Program-made: the position numbers and the translations under genes
Notes under the pieces: model-generated
Databases searched by the model: none
What the model saw: only the letters and a program-made list of their open reading frames with translations
What the model was told of the DNA's origin: nothing
Shown: positions 61,006 to 64,000 of the stretch, in pieces
Position numbering within the stretch: position 1 is the stretch's first letter
How the letters are laid out: the number at the start of each line of letters is the position of its first letter
NCBI GenBank assembly: GCA_052327205.1
Contig: CM126206.1
Coordinates: forward strand, 315,518,001-315,582,000
Direction of reading: 5' to 3'
Length of the DNA stretch: 64,000 nucleotides
From: Somniosus microcephalus
Taxonomy: Eukaryota

Positions 61006-61100
61006 GCAACTATTTCTGTCTCCAACTCGAGCTTTCTTAAAAAGTGAACACGTTCGTGAATTTTTCCTTGGGAAGTCATCTGACTACAGTCAGCACCACA
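61006..61100 (+). CDS. ZCCHC2: ZCCHC2 coding exon 6
   Basis: tttatccattag/ ... ACA/GTAAGT; 95 nt, phase 2 to 1; QLFLSPTRAFLKSEHVREFFLGKSSD resembles recalled [20 protein letters not shown]. Confidence 0.88.
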
Positions 61101-61611
61101 GTAAGTGACCAACATTATGCAAGATTGCGGAAATCTTTTCATGAAATAAACATGGAGTGTGTGCATGCTTCATCTGTTTCCTTGCAGGAGCATTGTAAAA
61201 TACAACTCGGCCTCCAGGTGTTTTTATTTTTATTTAATCTTGAGCTTCCCTTGACTCAGCTAGTTAAAAGTGAGAACTGGAAACCTGAAAAACACAACGT
61301 TAGAAATACACTGGCCAATCGGCATCTGTAAAGAGAAACGGTGTCGCTCTTCATCAGAACTGAGAACTAAAAGATAAGCAAGCACGTTAGTACAGTCAGG
61401 AGGAAGGGACAACAGCAGGCACTCCAATCACATGAGGGAGTTAATGCGCTTAATGATCTTCAAGTTGCTTAATAGAAAACTTTACATGACTATTCAACTC
61501 TTTAAATTGTTGTCTGATCAGAGTACCTATTTCATCTGTTTTTTTCCAACCTTCCGAAAATGCATGCTTTGTTTTCAGTTTTGATATAGTTTACAGCCAA
61601 AACATTAATTT

Positions 61612-62080
61612 GTGTCAGCTATGGCTCCGTAGGTAGCGCACTCGCCTCTGAGTCAGAAGGTTGTGAGTTCCAAGTCCCCACTCCAGCGACTCGAGCACAA
61701 AAATCTAGGCTGACACTCTCAGTGCAGTACTGAGGGAGTGTTGCACTGTTGGAGATGCCGTCTTTCGGATGAGACATTAAACTGAGGCCCCGTCTGCTCT
61801 CTCAGGTAGACGTAAAAGATCCCATGGTACTATATCGAAGAAGAGCAGGGAGTTATCCCTGGATCCTGGGGCCAATGTTTATCCCTCAATAGACATCACT
61901 AAAACAGATGATCTGGTCATTATCACATTGCTGTTTGTGGGAGCTTGCTGTGCGCAAATTGGCTGCTGCGTTTCCTACATTACAACAGCGACCACACTTC
62001 AAAGTGCTTCATTGGCTGTAAAACGCTTTGGGGCTCCCTGTGGTCGTGAAAGGTGCTATATAAATGCAAGTTTTTTTCTT
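61612..62080 (+). mobile_element. Deu-domain tRNA-SINE, full length
   Basis: Head, core and tail present. Confidence 0.9.
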
Positions 62081-62354
62081 CTCCCGAGCACTCTTTTTAT
62101 TGATCATGAGTAGCTGAGCCATTCAAACGAGAAAGATCTTGTGGTCTGATCTCGAAACTCTCTGGAGTTAGCTGCTCTAGGGTGGGGAGTTGGTGTTAAA
62201 ATTGGCCTTGATGTGTCTGGGTTAAGGGGGGCTTGGGGGCAGGAATTGACCAGGTATCTGACCTGAATTGCAGTTCCAGTACTCGTACTGGGACTGTGTG
62301 GATGTCCTATGAAGATGGCGTCAGGGTTGGCTGTGATGCCTCGGCATCAGAATA

Positions 62355-62940
62355 GCAAAAACAACTTGCATTTGTATAGTGCCTCTAGCATAGAAAAATG
62401 TCCCAAGACACTTCACTGAGGTATAAGAAAAATTGGATGCCAAGCTAAAGGAGTAAATATGTGGGGGATGAGTGACCACTAGCCTTGTTGAAGAGTTGGG
62501 CTCCAAGGAGAGTCTTGGAGGAGTTAGAGAGGCAGAGAGATTTAGGGAGGGAATTCCAGCACACTGAGGCCTAAGTTGATGAATGTAAAACTGCCAGTGA
62601 TGGTGAAGAAAGAGCAGGTGTCTGAGGTGGGAGTCGGGAATGGAGAGTTTGGTGGTTGTAGTGCTGAAGGAGATTACAAAGATGAGAAGGAGCAAGGCCA
62701 TGGAGGGATTTAAACACACAAGGTTGAGAATTTTAAAGTTGTGGCTTTGGAGGACTGGAAGCCAATGTAGATTGGTGTGGGGTGACTGGGATGATGTGTG
62801 TTAGATTAGAAGCGGCAGCGTTTTAGATGAGCTGGTGTTTGGGTGTAGGATGTACAGGTGAGCATTGGAATAGTCAGGTCTGGCGGTGACTAAGCAAGGA
62901 TGAAGGTTTCAACAGCAGGTGGGCTGAGGTAGGGGTGGAG
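62355..62940 (-). mobile_element. L2-like 3' fragment
   Basis: aacttgcatttgtatagtgcc tail; gcaaggccatggagggatttaaa is the reverse of the 26460 motif. Confidence 0.7.
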
Positions 62941-63185
62941 GAATGTTCTCTCCTCAAAGAAAAGCAGAGTGAGCTACTTAAGGGTGTCCAAGGCATCTGG
63001 AGCTCTAGCTGAAGGAGAAACTGACATCTTGAAACCTTTTCATTGCAGAAAGGTGAGACTTTTTTTTACAGTTGTGTGTGTGAACCTGTAATTAGCTTGA
63101 ATTAACAAAGGGCTTTACTGTTGTTTCACTGGAGTGTTATAAACACGGTAAGATGTTTTAAATTGCATCTTAATTTCTTTTGCAG

Positions 63186-63269
63186 CTAATTTACAGCCAG
63201 CGTTAAAGTTGTCCAAGTCTGCAGAACACTTCAAAGAAGACAGTTCTGAGGCTTCCAGCCAGGAAGAAG
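63186..63269 (+). CDS. ZCCHC2: ZCCHC2 coding exon 7
   Basis: tttcttttgcag/ ... AAG/GTACTT; 84 nt; [27 protein letters not shown] resembles recalled [27 protein letters not shown]. Confidence 0.92.
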
Positions 63270-64000
63270 GTACTTGGCTTTACATACTGTGCGCCGTGTG
63301 CTTTTAACCCTTGCCCTGCTAATCAATTGGGAATTTATATTGGTAATATTAGTGTGTACCAGCACTTTGTAGTTCCTTCTAGGTGTACTGTTAAGGAAAG
63401 CATTGCCTGACTTGTGGTATTTGTGTCACGAGCGATGATGACAATAACTGTGTCCACAGCGAATAATGTGGGGAAGAAGCGCAGCAAAGTTGGCCACTAG
63501 TCTCTTAATTGGATTGTGGGGCCCTTGACCTGAAAAGAGCACCACGTGGAGTATGAACGCTGCAATGTGCAGTGCCTATTTTCCGTTAACTAGTATTTGT
63601 TTCTGTTGTAACACTTTTTACAAGTCTTTCCAGTTCTGGGTTTCAGCCCCTTTGAACTTGGGTGAGACGAGAGAAGTAAACTGACCATAGAACTTTTTCT
63701 TTCTCTCACCACTTCTTGGGGGGGCCCCCCCCCCCCCCCCCCCCCAAAATAAATCTCTAAACTGCCACTGTTAATATAAACGTTTTGACATTTCTGGGTA
63801 GGCAAAGAATCAAGTTAAATGCATGTTTTTAGCCAAGTGGTGGTCGCTGTGCTAATGCAGTTGAAGTTAATGTGGTGCTTAATTTGATCAGCTGGCGGTG
63901 CTGTTGTGTGAAAAATATTACTAGGTTCAAATCGCATTTTTAAAGAAATAGTCTGAGGCCGTACAATTTTCTTCTCTCAAAAAAAAAAAAAAAGTGGAGC

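Overview
Eukaryotic vertebrate genomic DNA; the repeat content (Deu-domain tRNA-SINEs, abundant CR1-type LINE tails, Penelope-like hairpins) suggests a cartilaginous fish (inference). The window holds the CpG-island promoter and first seven coding exons of a ZCCHC2 orthologue on the + strand (exons 3256-3928, 30890-30980, 34799-34875, 38463-38534, 42223-42335, 61006-61100, 63186-63269; GT-AG junctions and splice phases are mutually consistent). The gene continues beyond the window. Exon 1 shows three apparent frameshifts. The introns are mostly transposable elements: CR1-like LINEs (two with long open RT ORFs), RTE LINEs, L2-like fragments, an internally deleted BEL/Pao LTR retrotransposon with a 5-bp TSD, about ten DeuSINEs, TA- and 8-bp-TSD MITEs, and Penelope-like ends. 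Most notable: (1) a single-ORF LINE carrying a tRNA-SINE-like head, with two apparent internal-deletion SINE derivatives; (2) a minimal hammerhead ribozyme motif in a Penelope-like end; (3) a promoter made of repeated GC-box/CTCG/TGATTGACAG modules; (4) a G-rich minisatellite with about 25 consensus 5' splice sites just downstream of exon 1; (5) a twin-primed RTE insertion. Most short ORFs in the track are TE fragments or noise. Family names come from recall, not database searches, and many repeat boundaries are approximate.
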